A stretch of DNA of 64,000 bases from Candidatus Bathyarchaeota archaeon (GCA_963833575.1 CAWHXY010000007.1:320001-384000); one strand, 5' to 3'; numbered from the stretch's first letter, positions 1-11,174 are shown. Translations and numbers: made by a program. The notes: a model not told the origin generated them from the sequence alone.

Positions 1-654
1 ATAATGATTATAATACCACTCATGAATTCACTGGGAATAATAAACAACGGTGCAAATGGAGCACCAGGCGGCCAAGCAACTCTAATTTTTTCAATCATAA
101 TATATCTTTTACCCGCTTCATTTATGGCTATGTTACTCGGGGAAGTTCTAATCGGTGAAGAAGGACAATCAGTCTGGCGAATTTATGCTTCACCAATTTC
201 TCCAAAGAACTTGGTTAGAAGCAAATACTTCTTTACAGTGCTTTTTTCAACAATTCTCCTTTTGATAAGTGGAACAATTGGAACCTTATTTTACCGCCCA
301 ACAATAGAAGATGCAATTATAGGTTATCTTGAAACATTCTTCGTTGTATTGGCGATAGGCGCAGTTTCACTCGCAGTCGGTTTCAAGGGACCTGACTTTT
401 CGCAAACCCGTAGGGCAAGGATGATTCGTCAAGGATGGTCTCTGATCGGACTAGTAGTCGGTGGACTTGTAGGCTTAGCTGTGCTGGCACCTCTGTTGCC
501 ATTCATAATAATTTCCTTCTTAGGCGGCTCAGCTTTTTACAGTCTTATTTTTGGGGTTGTCGTCAGCGCAATCATTTCTGTAGTGATCAGCGCAATATTT
601 TATAAGATAAACATTGGCTTAGCAAATGACCTACTGAGAAAAGCTGAAACTTAA
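1..654 (+). CDS. Multi-pass membrane protein, putative ABC-2-type permease (probably 5'-truncated by window edge)
   Basis: About 6 hydrophobic segments; 'EEGQSVWRIYASPIS...KY' resembles the ABC-2 permease loop. Confidence 0.55.
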   Translation: MMIIIPLMNSLGIINNGANGAPGGQATLIFSIIIYLLPASFMAMLLGEVLIGEEGQSVWRIYASPISPKNLVRSKYFFTVLFSTILLLISGTIGTLFYRPTIEDAIIGYLETFFVVLAIGAVSLAVGFKGPDFSQTRRARMIRQGWSLIGLVVGGLVGLAVLAPLLPFIIISFLGGSAFYSLIFGVVVSAIISVVISAIFYKINIGLANDLLRKAET

Positions 655-744
655 GCGTGCAGCTTGAAAGAACAAAATTCCTGAAAAATCTTATTCGGCA
701 ACTTTTATCTAACACATCAAACATTGTTTTTTCAGTGACATTTT

Positions 745-1185
745 ATGCAGGAATTAATCGTAAGAAGCTCGGTTTTTGAACCAAGCAAGCCGATTCCTAA
801 GAAATATACTTGTGATGGGAATGACATAAATCCGCCCCTAACAATTGAAGGTACACCAAAAGATGCAAAAACTCTTGTCTTAATTATTGATGATCCCGAT
901 GCGCCAAGGGGCACATTTGACCACTGGGTTGTCTGGAATATACCAGCCTCAACAAATAAGATAGGAGAGAACACCGTTCCTGGAAAAGAAGGAATTAACG
1001 GTGCAGGGCAACCAAGTTACATGGGACCTTGTCCACCAAGCGGAACTCACAGATACTTTTTCAAAGTTTATGCTTTAGACACGGTACTTAATTTAGGAAT
1101 TAACTCTAGAAAGAAGGATGTTGAAAAAGCCATGCAAAGCCACATTCTAGCTAAAGGCGAATTGATAGGATTGCATAGTAGGTAA
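745..1185 (+). CDS. YbhB/YbcL family (PEBP/Raf kinase inhibitor-like) protein
   Basis: DDPDAP, FDHWVVWNIP, YMGPCPPSGTHRYFFKVYALD motifs. Confidence 0.95.
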   Translation: MQELIVRSSVFEPSKPIPKKYTCDGNDINPPLTIEGTPKDAKTLVLIIDDPDAPRGTFDHWVVWNIPASTNKIGENTVPGKEGINGAGQPSYMGPCPPSGTHRYFFKVYALDTVLNLGINSRKKDVEKAMQSHILAKGELIGLHSR

Positions 1186-1279
1186 ACTTACTCAACTACC
1201 TTGATTGTAGACCGAAATTATCGATCAAACGTTAAATAGCCTTACTTTATTGCTTACCCTAGCGATTGGTTGACCATAT

Positions 1280-2479
1280 TTGAACCGCAAGCACATCATA
1301 CTAGCAGCAACATTGCTTATCGTTCTGATTATTGCTTCAATTTTTATAAGTTTTAACACGATTAGCAAACCTGCTACAATTGCAGCTAGACAATTTTATG
1401 TAGGTGTAGAGTTTGCTTCCTCCAATCAATTTGGAGATCTGAAAGCTTTGGTGGATAAGGTGAAAGATTACACTAATCTTTTTGTCATTGGTTCAATTGG
1501 CATTTCTTTTAATCGATCGGCTTTAGATCAATCATGCGATTACATAAGTGCTTCAGGGCTGAACTTCATCGTTTTTTTCACGAGTTTTACTTCACCTTAT
1601 TATAATAGCACTGGCGGCTGGTCGGATAATTATACAACTTTTAATTGGATGATGGATGCTCAGGAAAAGTATGGAAATAAACTCTTGGGGATTTACAGGT
1701 ACGACGAACCTGGGGGAAACCAGCTTGATAATGGCACTTCCAGATTAATTCAAGACGGTGTAAGCTACTCGGAAGTAGCTCAAAATTACGTGGGCAACCT
1801 ATCAAGCATTTTACAGTACTATTACAATGCGGGTAACCTATCTAACATAGTCACCTCTGATTACGGTCTATATTGGTTTGATTACAAATCCTCATATAAC
1901 ACTGTTTTTGCTGAGTTTTTAGGAAATGAGACTAGGCACGGAAGTCCGGGTAGACCATTAATAGTTTCACTTGACAGAGGGGCTGCCCAATCATTTCACA
2001 AAGATTGGGGCGTTATTGTAACCTGGCAATATGATCAGGCACCCTATCTTGAATCTGGAGATCAATTATACTCAGACTTAATTCTCGCATATAGCACGGG
2101 GGCAACATACGCGATCGTTTTCAGTTACCCATTTTATCCCGATAACAACCCATATGGCACCTTACTCGAAGAACACTTCCAAGCTTTGCAAAAATTCTGG
2201 AACGTCCTGAACAACAATCCAAATTCGATTGCTCAAAACAAAGCAACAGTTGCCTATGTTTTGCCCCAAAACTATGGATTTGGTTTTCGAAGCTCCAATG
2301 ACAATATCTGGGGTTTGTTCCCAGCAGATAATTTGACTCAAAAAATCTCTGCCGACATTCATTTCCTGCTTGCAAAGTACAACAGCAGTTTAAATGTAAT
2401 TTATGACGACCCCCAAGTAATTGATTCAACACTAAATAATTATCAGAAAGTGTTTTACTGGAACGAAACGGTAACTTGA
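1280..2479 (+). CDS. Secreted/membrane-anchored hypothetical protein, possible glycoside-hydrolase-like fold
   Basis: N-terminal signal/anchor; Tyr/Trp/Asn-rich; 'YRYDEPGG' resembles a GH acid/base motif (weak). Confidence 0.5.
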   Translation: MNRKHIILAATLLIVLIIASIFISFNTISKPATIAARQFYVGVEFASSNQFGDLKALVDKVKDYTNLFVIGSIGISFNRSALDQSCDYISASGLNFIVFFTSFTSPYYNSTGGWSDNYTTFNWMMDAQEKYGNKLLGIYRYDEPGGNQLDNGTSRLIQDGVSYSEVAQNYVGNLSSILQYYYNAGNLSNIVTSDYGLYWFDYKSSYNTVFAEFLGNETRHGSPGRPLIVSLDRGAAQSFHKDWGVIVTWQYDQAPYLESGDQLYSDLILAYSTGATYAIVFSYPFYPDNNPYGTLLEEHFQALQKFWNVLNNNPNSIAQNKATVAYVLPQNYGFGFRSSNDNIWGLFPADNLTQKISADIHFLLAKYNSSLNVIYDDPQVIDSTLNNYQKVFYWNETVT

Positions 2480-2596
2480 TTCCAGATATTTTTGTCCAAT
2501 GCGCTGTTGGTAAGCAGATTAGCCATAGTTGAGATATGCCTTTAAACATAAGTACCCATTAAAGCAACATATTCGATCATTGGATGGAACTTCGCA

Positions 2597-5500
2597 TTGG
2601 AAAGGAAATCAGCCAATTTAGATGGAGGAGGAATCGGGCCAACCTATTCAAAAGGCATTAAATTACTTGGGCAAAAAAGTAAAGCCAGCTTTGAAGAATC
2701 CACCGACAAATTACCTTCACTTGACGCATCAGGAATCGCAGAATATATCCGCTTCGACTGTTGCCCACGATATTTCAAACTCCGGTTTGAAGATAAAGTG
2801 GAGAAAAAGAAGAAGTGGCCAGAAGCATTCCATAAACCGCTGAGTCCCCTCCTTTTTACAGCAGGTAAACAGCTTGAAGAAAAAACTGTTCAAGAATTAA
2901 AATCTAAAGTCGCTGACTTTCAAGATTTTAGTTGTTATGACCCTAAAAAAGAAGTAGGTGAATGGAGCAGTGCATGGCCAAAATCACGTCAAGCGTTAAC
3001 GCAGATTGTTGAAAATGCACTTTCTGCTAAGGCGCAGGCCGATTATAAGCCAGTTTTGATTTACCAAGCACCGATGCTGGGACATATCGGTTTATGGGAT
3101 ATAAGAGGTATAGCGGATTTAATCGGAGTATGGCCAATCAAGGATGGCAAAGTCAAGGTTCGGATTTTTGAAATAAAATCTTCTTGGAGAGAGCAGACTG
3201 CTCACCGCATACAAGTCGCTATCTATATACTATTACTTATCGAAGCCTTAGGGAAAACTGCCACTAAAATTGAATTTGAAGGGGGCGTGATCAATAAACA
3301 ATCGGATTTAGATAAACTTGAACCTGAAAATCTCCCTTCATTTAGGCTTGAACCTTTAATCCAGGATATTCAAAGGCTTCTTAGCCTAAAAGGTGAATTT
3401 TACCGAATCCACAAAAAAGCTCTTGATAATGTGGAGTTTCAGCTCTCATGGGGGTGTGACAATTGCGGTTATAACGAGTGCTGCGTTGTTTGCGCTATTG
3501 AAAATGAAAGCATTGCATTGTTAAATTTGACAAGAGGAGAACAGAAGTCGCTAAATCAACAAGGGATTTTGCATCTGGAAGACCTCGCCAGACTAAAAGT
3601 TGTCCCTAAACAAGATGAATTACGCCCCCATAATTTTAAAGAAATCCCAGCGTTAGACACAAAAAAAGTTCAACTGTTATCGTCTGACCCCGTAATCGGA
3701 AGCAAGCTTGACAAGTTAATACAAAGAGCTCAATTTATGCTGTCGACAATACGTTCGAACAGCCCGTTTGCCAATAGGGTGAGGTGGATGCCTTGGCTGA
3801 CAGGTACAGGGTACGGGACTTTGCCTGAAGACAGCCCTCAAGAGGGTACAGATACGGCGCTTTCCTTTAGACCCGAAGGCATGGTTCGAGTATACTTTCA
3901 CATTCAATGGGATTACTTGCTAAACATCATATCAATAATTAGCGGCAGAGTAAGCTGCACAAGGTACCATGGTAAACCTATAACCATATCCAAAATTGTC
4001 AACACATTACCCAAAGAACAAAAAGAAGCTCGGGATGAAGAAAAAAAGCTACTTGAAACATTTTTTGCAGAAATCACCCAAGCTATCAATAAAATAGCGG
4101 TTGATGTTGGAAGTCCAGACGAGGCTCCAATTCACCTTTACTTTTACACAAGACAAGAGCGCGACCACTTAATGGAGGCGGTACGCCATCACTCTTCTCT
4201 AAAAACTGCCAAGGCAGTACAAGACCTTTTGGGACTTAGGCAAGCAATTGACCAGCCCATGTTTTCTATCCTTCAAGACGAAATAAGTCTCAGAAAAGCC
4301 GTTGGGTACCACAGTACGGGGCTTCTTCCTGTTCTAAAACAATGCTGCTACTTCGACGCAAACCAATGGACGGTAAACCGCCAAGATGGCTCACGTTTAG
4401 ACATGCGTTTAGCTTTTCGAGACGGTTTCTTCAACTTTGAATTGCCCTATACCCGCACTGATATTGGTTCCATGTCATTTATCCTTAATTCTGAGGACTC
4501 AAGGCCAAAAGAAGGGTATTACCCAGCTCGCGCCCGTTTTGGAAATCAAATTCCAATTGAATACGTTTGGGGAGCCAAAGGCAAACTTGACCGCAACCAA
4601 GTAAACGGCCACGACAAGATAATGGTTGAGAAACGTTTATGGTGTGATTACCCACATAAAACAAGAAGGATCAGTGACGAAGATTTAACATTGTTATGCT
4701 CAAACCTTTGTTTGGCTCTTGAACAAATTGAACGGTCGCTTTCCATTCGCAACCGTCGCTTGGGCAAAAAACCAATTAATATTCCAAACATACCTGAGTT
4801 TACATTAGGAGTTTCAACTCTTGAGAGAAGTTGCCGAGAATTTTTAGATCTTGAGTATTTTGCGAAGCGCCAAGAAATGTATCAGCATTATGCTTTGCTT
4901 CCATGTCAGCGGGTAGCCAATGGCAGATCGGTGATTTTTGAATGCACGAGTGCTGAAGAGTTTGATCGGGATTTTGTTGTAAGTGGAAAGTTGATTTACG
5001 AGGGCCTTGGTTTACCGAAGGCTGATTGTCTAGTTAATGCTTGTAGGGTCAAAGGGTCTGACGATTCTGGCTCTGGCGATTGGATGGTTGCGACCGAAAT
5101 TAAGTTAAATGATCAAGGACAGTTTGAGGAAGCTAACCAAAGGTCACCGTCGCATGTAGAAAAATCCGCTCGAGTCATAGTCGAAAAAGTTGATTTACGC
5201 AAACTGGAGATAACCATTAAAGTCGTAAGTTGGCCCAGCGGCAAGAGCAGACGTTACAGTACATGGCATGACCTTCCTACAACCGACAGGGAAAAAGCCC
5301 AAAATAGCAAACATATGCAGCTTTTTGAAGTAGGACGGAAATACATTCTTGATGAATTGGCAGATGACATAATTTCGGAGAGAGCGGCTAAATGCCTTGA
5401 TTACGCTGCCGACAACGCACTGTATTGTTTGCTTGCAGGGTTTTTGGAAGGCTCGGGTAAACCATCGGAACATACAGCATTAAATAAACAAACTGCGAAG

Positions 5501-7015
5501 CCGTTCTTAGATTGGATCGAACACACAAAGTTTCCACCAAAACAGGAACAAGCCCTTTTCATTGATAGAGTTTTTGCTAAAGAACAAGTAGTTATGCTTC
5601 AAGGCCCTCCAGGAACAGGAAAAACTGAAACATTGCAGTTAGCTGTACTTGCTCATGTCGCCTCACACCAAACTGTCAGCAAGTGCCGTGTCCTGATGGT
5701 TGCACCTACGCATAAGGCAATTCATGAATTTGTTAGTAAACTAGCTAAGTCTTGGCGATTGTACTGCAAAGAAGGAAACAGAGATTTAGCAAAACTTCGG
5801 ATTTATCGTGTTCTAAATAATCATGTTTCTTCAGCTAAAGCCCTTGACGGCGTTAAATATGTCAACTATAACGAAGATGAAGAGATAGTTACTGAACTGA
5901 AAGATGCATTATCAAGCCAAGCGACGTTAGTTCCTGATTCAACGGGTGCTTTCCCATTGGTTCTATGTGTTACACCGCCTGGCTTGTACGGTCTCATGAA
6001 AAAGATTGGTGGTAAAGAGCCAGCTTGGAACGAAGGCTTCTTTGACTTACTAGTCGTTGATGAAGCAAGTATGATGCGTCTTCCGGAGCTGATTCTTTCA
6101 GGCGCATTTGTCGACAAAAACGCTCAAATTCTGGTGGCAGGGGATCATCGACAGCTGCCACCTATTCAAGCACATAATTGGGAAAAAGAGGACAGACGAA
6201 CCATTGAAGAAATGGCTTCATTCCTATCAGCAATGGACTTCCTTCGTTTACTACGTCAAGAAGATCTAGGAATTGAACATGTTAAATCCCTGCATAAAGC
6301 GGATATTCCGACGGAACGCCTAAGCGAAACGCACCGCTGCCACCAAGTAGTTGCACAGTTCCTAAAAGAATGGATATATCACAAAGACGGGATTGATTTT
6401 CATTCTGACCAAAAGCAAACTCTATCGACTGAAACTCCTTCTACAGAAGGATTGAAAGTTGTTTTGGATCCTGAGAATATTTTCGTCTTAATTGTTCATG
6501 ATGAAATGGAGAGTTTTCAATCAAATTTAGTCGAAGCAAAAATAATCGACACCTTGGTTCGTTCTGTTAATCCAGAAGGAGTTGGAATAGTTACGCCTCA
6601 TAATGCTCAAAGAGGCGTAGTTAAGAATTTGTTGCTTGATGGCCACGAAAATGTGAGGGTTGATACTGTCGAGCGGTATCAAGGTGGTGAAGCTGACTTC
6701 ATAATCATTTCTTCAACCGTAAGCGATCCCGACTATGTGCGGGCAGAAAGCGACTTCCTGTTAAACCTAAATCGAATAAATGTAGCTATATCTAGAATGA
6801 AAAAGAAACTCGTTATAATTGCTAGCCGATCAATTTTTGAATTTATGCCTCAAGACGCTAAAGACTACGATAAAGCCCTGTTGTGGAGAGGTATAGCCCA
6901 AACCGTAGGTTTCACCGCAAACGCCGAGCCCAAATGGAAAGGCAGCCTATCTGAGTTTTTAGGGAAAAACTCTCAAAAAGTTGAAGTTGAAGTTTACACT
7001 AAAAACCAACAGTAA
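2597..7015 (+). CDS. Dna2/RecB-like Fe-S PD-(D/E)XK nuclease fused to UPF1/Dna2-type SF1 helicase
   Basis: Nuclease: DCCPRY, GIADLI, FEIKSS, QVAIY, CDNCGYNECC. Helicase: QGPPGTGKT, VDEASM, GDHRQLPP, TPHNAQ, TVERYQGGE, NVAISR. Confidence 0.9.
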   Translation: MERKSANLDGGGIGPTYSKGIKLLGQKSKASFEESTDKLPSLDASGIAEYIRFDCCPRYFKLRFEDKVEKKKKWPEAFHKPLSPLLFTAGKQLEEKTVQELKSKVADFQDFSCYDPKKEVGEWSSAWPKSRQALTQIVENALSAKAQADYKPVLIYQAPMLGHIGLWDIRGIADLIGVWPIKDGKVKVRIFEIKSSWREQTAHRIQVAIYILLLIEALGKTATKIEFEGGVINKQSDLDKLEPENLPSFRLEPLIQDIQRLLSLKGEFYRIHKKALDNVEFQLSWGCDNCGYNECCVVCAIENESIALLNLTRGEQKSLNQQGILHLEDLARLKVVPKQDELRPHNFKEIPALDTKKVQLLSSDPVIGSKLDKLIQRAQFMLSTIRSNSPFANRVRWMPWLTGTGYGTLPEDSPQEGTDTALSFRPEGMVRVYFHIQWDYLLNIISIISGRVSCTRYHGKPITISKIVNTLPKEQKEARDEEKKLLETFFAEITQAINKIAVDVGSPDEAPIHLYFYTRQERDHLMEAVRHHSSLKTAKAVQDLLGLRQAIDQPMFSILQDEISLRKAVGYHSTGLLPVLKQCCYFDANQWTVNRQDGSRLDMRLAFRDGFFNFELPYTRTDIGSMSFILNSEDSRPKEGYYPARARFGNQIPIEYVWGAKGKLDRNQVNGHDKIMVEKRLWCDYPHKTRRISDEDLTLLCSNLCLALEQIERSLSIRNRRLGKKPINIPNIPEFTLGVSTLERSCREFLDLEYFAKRQEMYQHYALLPCQRVANGRSVIFECTSAEEFDRDFVVSGKLIYEGLGLPKADCLVNACRVKGSDDSGSGDWMVATEIKLNDQGQFEEANQRSPSHVEKSARVIVEKVDLRKLEITIKVVSWPSGKSRRYSTWHDLPTTDREKAQNSKHMQLFEVGRKYILDELADDIISERAAKCLDYAADNALYCLLAGFLEGSGKPSEHTALNKQTAKPFLDWIEHTKFPPKQEQALFIDRVFAKEQVVMLQGPPGTGKTETLQLAVLAHVASHQTVSKCRVLMVAPTHKAIHEFVSKLAKSWRLYCKEGNRDLAKLRIYRVLNNHVSSAKALDGVKYVNYNEDEEIVTELKDALSSQATLVPDSTGAFPLVLCVTPPGLYGLMKKIGGKEPAWNEGFFDLLVVDEASMMRLPELILSGAFVDKNAQILVAGDHRQLPPIQAHNWEKEDRRTIEEMASFLSAMDFLRLLRQEDLGIEHVKSLHKADIPTERLSETHRCHQVVAQFLKEWIYHKDGIDFHSDQKQTLSTETPSTEGLKVVLDPENIFVLIVHDEMESFQSNLVEAKIIDTLVRSVNPEGVGIVTPHNAQRGVVKNLLLDGHENVRVDTVERYQGGEADFIIISSTVSDPDYVRAESDFLLNLNRINVAISRMKKKLVIIASRSIFEFMPQDAKDYDKALLWRGIAQTVGFTANAEPKWKGSLSEFLGKNSQKVEVEVYTKNQQ

Positions 7016-7096
7016 CTTACCCATATTAGTTAAGCCACATCGCAACCCGCTAACCTTAAAAACTAGAACCAATAAGAAATGGCAAGGATTTAGAGA

Positions 7097-7414
7097 ATGA
7101 AAACTGACGCGTTCACGTTAACAGTTGTATTCGCTATTGTGATTTCAGTAATTACTGGCGGCGTCATCATCATTATTACTCAAAATAATTTAACTATCAT
7201 ACCCTCCGTAGAGAGAGGCACAATAATTTCAAAAAATGTGATCACCGCAAATGATAGCACCATTGAACTTTCAGGTGGCAAAACATTGCACATTTTGAAC
7301 AACACACCACTTTACTTGAGTTTGCAGGAAAATCAAAGCTATGTTTTCAACTGCCTCTATAATTATAACACAAAAATAACCATCATTCAAAATGCCAAAA
7401 ACGATACTACTTAA
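7097..7414 (+). CDS. Small membrane-anchored hypothetical protein
   Basis: N-terminal TM followed by a beta-rich domain. Confidence 0.6.
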   Translation: MKTDAFTLTVVFAIVISVITGGVIIIITQNNLTIIPSVERGTIISKNVITANDSTIELSGGKTLHILNNTPLYLSLQENQSYVFNCLYNYNTKITIIQNAKNDTT

Positions 7415-7699
7415 TCTGAAGGATTTCTTTAGAATATAGTGCAAAAAAGAAAAAACTTAGGCTATATTGACTTCTGCTATTTGCGTTAAGCCTGTTAAAG
7501 CTGTTTTTAATTTGATTTCTAAGTTTAAAATTGTATATAGTGCATTGACAGTGTTGATTGAGCGAGTTATATAGTTGCTTTGGCGGCTATAGTAAGTTGA
7601 GCTATCAGTTAGGTATCCTTTGGCTAGTTAGTTGAGTTTCGTTTAGGTGTGTAACAGTGCTCTGCAAGGCAAATCCATTATTTAGGTTAGTTTTAAGAA

Positions 7700-7936
7700 C
7701 ACATGCACATTTCCAATACTCGTTGGTGCTTCCTGCGTTGTTACGAAGTATTGTTTATGCAATTTCTAAGCTCATCCAACGAAGAAAGTTTTCATATCTG
7801 AAACAAAAGGACTTTGATGCGGTGGATGAATCAATGGTGCTGTACCAATTGCGTAAATAATAGTTACCAAAATTATGGCTAACAGTACTGCGACTGTCCC
7901 GTAAGTCTTTGTCTTTCTCTTAACTTCTTTCTATAC
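7700..7936 (-). pseudogene. 5' remnant of a secreted protein, resembling the N-terminus of archaeal beta-propeller domain proteins
   Basis: KEVKRKTKTYGTVAVLLAIILVTIIYAIG...SDMKTF, then frameshift to SLDELRN; start codon lost. Confidence 0.4.
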
Positions 7937-8010
7937 CGTATACTTCTTCGTGAATAGTTAACTTAAGATTTTTATTTTATGCTAAGCCCACAAACAAGCT
8001 GTCCCAACAG

Positions 8011-8457
8011 TTAGAATGGCCTCATTGTCCATACTCGGTAAGCCTCATACCAGAATATTGCGCAAACGATTGCTCCAAACGAGAGTATGAATAGGTTATC
8101 ACGGCTAAAACCGCTAAATAAAATCGTCAAATACAATACGTAAAACACTGTTGAGAATACTGCGTAGAAAAAGTATCGTGGAAAGAGCAACTTCCCAAGC
8201 TTAACGTAATGGCGGAGAACACCAATCTTAACTTCTCCAACAAGTGAGTAATGGCCGCCAATTTCCTGTTTCTGTACCAACCCTAACTCGCGTAGCTGTT
8301 CAAGATGATGGAAAGCTATGCTGGGGCTACTAAAATGGAGGGCGCGTTGAACTTCACGCACTCCTACTGGGCTGCCGTTTTTTAGAAGAAACCAGTAGAC
8401 TCTCCAAGCTTTGCCTCGTAGTGCATACTCAAGCTGTGTCTCGTCACTCTCATTCAA
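8011..8457 (-). CDS. Winged-HTH transcriptional regulator with two C-terminal TM helices
   Basis: GVREVQRALHFSSPSIAFHHLEQLRELGLV HTH; hydrophobic C-terminus; likely TTG start at 8457 (ORF open to 8508). Confidence 0.8.
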   Translation of the reverse strand: MNESDETQLEYALRGKAWRVYWFLLKNGSPVGVREVQRALHFSSPSIAFHHLEQLRELGLVQKQEIGGHYSLVGEVKIGVLRHYVKLGKLLFPRYFFYAVFSTVFYVLYLTILFSGFSRDNLFILSFGAIVCAIFWYEAYRVWTMRPF

Positions 8458-8631
8458 TCGGCTGACCCTCAAGGAACAAACAACGGTGCGGGAGACATAT
8501 AAGTCCAACTATCAGACGTTTTCGTCTAATAAGTAGAACAGCTCTAGTTGGGTTCAAGTTTTTAGGGCGTGTACTTAAAACTCTGCATAAATTATTAGTA
8601 CAACCTGTACCTGTATCAGATATGATCCCCT

Positions 8632-8880
8632 ATGAACAAAACAGAAGCCTTAGATGTGTTGAATGAGATTCGTGGGTCCTTAAAGGAATCGGCTATCGTT
8701 AGCTGTGTTTCCTTCGACGGTTCACAGGTATCTCACATTTCAACGGGTGGATACGAGATAAAGATGAAATGCGAATTAGACAGCGTTTCAAGGGATGCAA
8801 TAAACAATATATTAAGAAAGCATGAGCTGTATATGAAAGAACAAAGCGGCTATGTAATTTTGCGGTCTATAAAAGACTAA
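8632..8880 (+). CDS. Hypothetical protein
   Basis: 82-aa ATG ORF with a protein-like alpha/beta pattern. Confidence 0.65.
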   Translation: MNKTEALDVLNEIRGSLKESAIVSCVSFDGSQVSHISTGGYEIKMKCELDSVSRDAINNILRKHELYMKEQSGYVILRSIKD

Positions 8881-9210
8881 TAAAAAATTAAGAATAGGCT
8901 TTTCTTTTAAGTTCGTAGCAATCACAATGTGAGCAGTTTTGTTTACATAGTGGTTTGTTGTTGTGGATCGTTGTTTGGTCTTTATATCTGAGAGGATCAA
9001 TCAAATTTTTTGTTTTAGATTTGTCAATTCAACTTTTAAGGTCCAATTGTTAGAAATTATAGCCTAATAATTAGAACACAATACTAGGCATAACCATATT
9101 GAAAGAGCCTTAATCTATTTTCGCATACATCTGAAGTTGAATGTTGTGATAGTGAGGAGACAATCACGAACCTTAAAACGCACAAACACTAGTCTATAAA
9201 TAAGAAAAAC

Positions 9211-10125
9211 ATGAGAAAACTCCTATTATTATTCCTCTTACTATCAACTGTGTTTCTATCGTCAGGTAGCTTTGCTTTAATCAGAGTTCAAGCTCAAAGC
9301 CAAAACGTTGACGAGTTGCAGATTGAGGGGCTTGCTTGGAACCGATCTACATTGAACATCCTCCTTGTTACTCCAAATAATGAATCTTGGTGGAATCCAA
9401 TGTATATTAATTCTACACTTCGAGCTATAGGTCAATGGAATGACGCTATACAGGAATTTGCGTCTAACAACACTCAATATGCATTCTTGGAGCCGCTAAA
9501 GTTGGAGCCCACTGTTTCGAATGAGTCAGAACCTGGATTTAACATCTACCTTAACTGGACCCAGTCAACGATAGCCAATTCTGTTGATGACATCGGATTA
9601 ACAACATTAAGCAGTGAAGATAATACAATAACTAACTGCAGCATAAACCTAGCCACACATACAAGCCACGGAGACGCAGTAGCCGACGGAGACGAACAAA
9701 ATGTTGCCCTCCACGAATTAGGCCATTCTTTGGGCTTAGGGCATAGCAATGACACGAACGACGTTATGTATTTAGCGCTTACCCTGCTAGGTCCAGCTAA
9801 ATTATTATCTACTCTTGACCTTTATGGAATCGCTACAACCTTTGCATGGCTAACTTATCAGTTTAGTTTTTATCCAGTTAATGCTTGGCTACAGGGCAAT
9901 CCAGTGTTTTTGCCGTCAAGTCAATATCAGGCTTTGCAAGTATCAGCCCAAAACGCCCGCCCACAAACACTTGAAAATAACCCAATTATTCAAACCTTAA
10001 TCTTGGCAGCTGAGATAGCAATACACCCTGACTTTTTACCCTTAGTAATTTTATTCGTAGTAATCTTAGTCATAATTGCGGTATTTCCAAAAAGAAAGAG
10101 AGAGCCAGATTCTAAGGCTACATAA
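9211..10125 (+). CDS. Matrixin (M10-like) zinc metalloprotease, secreted, with C-terminal membrane anchor
   Basis: HELGHSLGLGH zinc motif, Met-turn DVMY, signal peptide, C-terminal TM. Confidence 0.9.
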   Translation: MRKLLLLFLLLSTVFLSSGSFALIRVQAQSQNVDELQIEGLAWNRSTLNILLVTPNNESWWNPMYINSTLRAIGQWNDAIQEFASNNTQYAFLEPLKLEPTVSNESEPGFNIYLNWTQSTIANSVDDIGLTTLSSEDNTITNCSINLATHTSHGDAVADGDEQNVALHELGHSLGLGHSNDTNDVMYLALTLLGPAKLLSTLDLYGIATTFAWLTYQFSFYPVNAWLQGNPVFLPSSQYQALQVSAQNARPQTLENNPIIQTLILAAEIAIHPDFLPLVILFVVILVIIAVFPKRKREPDSKAT

Positions 10126-10636
10126 AATCCAAAAATTAGATGACTCGCAACCCAATATGAGTCTCTTGAGTTCCATGAGGGAAGGAGCAAGCTGTTTTAC
10201 GCATCAAAAGAATTTTACAAAAAGTCGAGAATCATACAGTTTTTTCATTTCTTAGACGTAATCTTCAGCCTCCGTTCATCGGTAGAGAGATAAGGGTCAA
10301 AATTTAGATCCAACACACGTTATGCTTTTTCCAAAGGCTTTGCATAGAACCTAACGAGGTGGTTTTCGAAATAATACTAATTTTTCTATATTTGCATTTG
10401 TAGGTAAAATAATGTATGTGTTAACTAAAACTGAGATGCATTTCAATAGATAACGCCCAATTCATATTCCTAATTCATAAGACTTATTTTATTTAAACCT
10501 CAAAGAATTAACCAAGACACGCAAAAACTGGAACACAAAAGCATGTTTTACAAGCTCCATCAAGAGAATACTAAATGAAAAACCAAAAGAAACGCCAAAA
10601 GATTAGGCGAAAACAAATTTTAGAAAGTGTGTAAAA

Positions 10637-10759
10637 ATGAAAGCTAATAATGAATGCCCTTCATGCAGTTCAACTGAGACCGAAATTGTCTACAAACGCG
10701 AAACAGTATTAAGTGTTTGCAAAGTTTGCAGAGAAATACGGTCAAAAAATTGGTTTTAA
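10637..10759 (+). CDS. Small zinc-ribbon protein (40 aa), not in ORF track
   Basis: MKANNECPSCSSTETEIVYKRETVLSVCKVCREIRSKNWF: two CxxC pairs. Confidence 0.55.
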   Translation: MKANNECPSCSSTETEIVYKRETVLSVCKVCREIRSKNWF

Positions 10760-10941
10760 AAAAACCAATCCTAAACACATTGTGTAGGATTAAAATTTGA
10801 ACTTTCTCTTTCCATCACACCATCACCACCTATATCATGAATATCACATGCAAAAAACGCTAAAACCATAAAAGTTATGACGGTATAAGCTTCACTTTAA
10901 ACAAAAACCGATAAACAAAACCAGAGGAAACTTGAAGAAAT

Positions 10942-11154
10942 ATGAGTCGAATTAGTCGAGTATTATACTCCACATTGTCTGGTTTTGGTTTCCTATTCTG
11001 GGTTGTTGGGATAGCTGAAAGGAATTTTCTCCTTACTTTGATTTCTGGCGTTTGTTTTATTACGTTTTTGATTCTGGCAAGCGCGTCGTATACTCCTCTA
11101 CCACCTCCACCTGAAGATTCGATCCCTCCGCCCCCTTCATCTATGACGAATTAA
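10942..11154 (+). CDS. Small 2-TM protein with Pro-rich tail
   Basis: Two hydrophobic helices, PPPP tail, upstream GAGG. Confidence 0.55.
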   Translation: MSRISRVLYSTLSGFGFLFWVVGIAERNFLLTLISGVCFITFLILASASYTPLPPPPEDSIPPPPSSMTN

Positions 11155-11174
11155 ATAGCGCACGTTATAAACCG

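Noticed and set aside
2597-3500. Cas4 / CRISPR adaptation gene
   Set aside because: The Cas4-like domain is part of a nuclease-helicase fusion; no cas1/cas2 or array in the window
9005-9045. Sixth copy of the dispersed core (reverse complement ccttaaaa...aatctaaaaca)
   Set aside because: Half-site spacing is 3 nt longer and flanks do not match; could be chance
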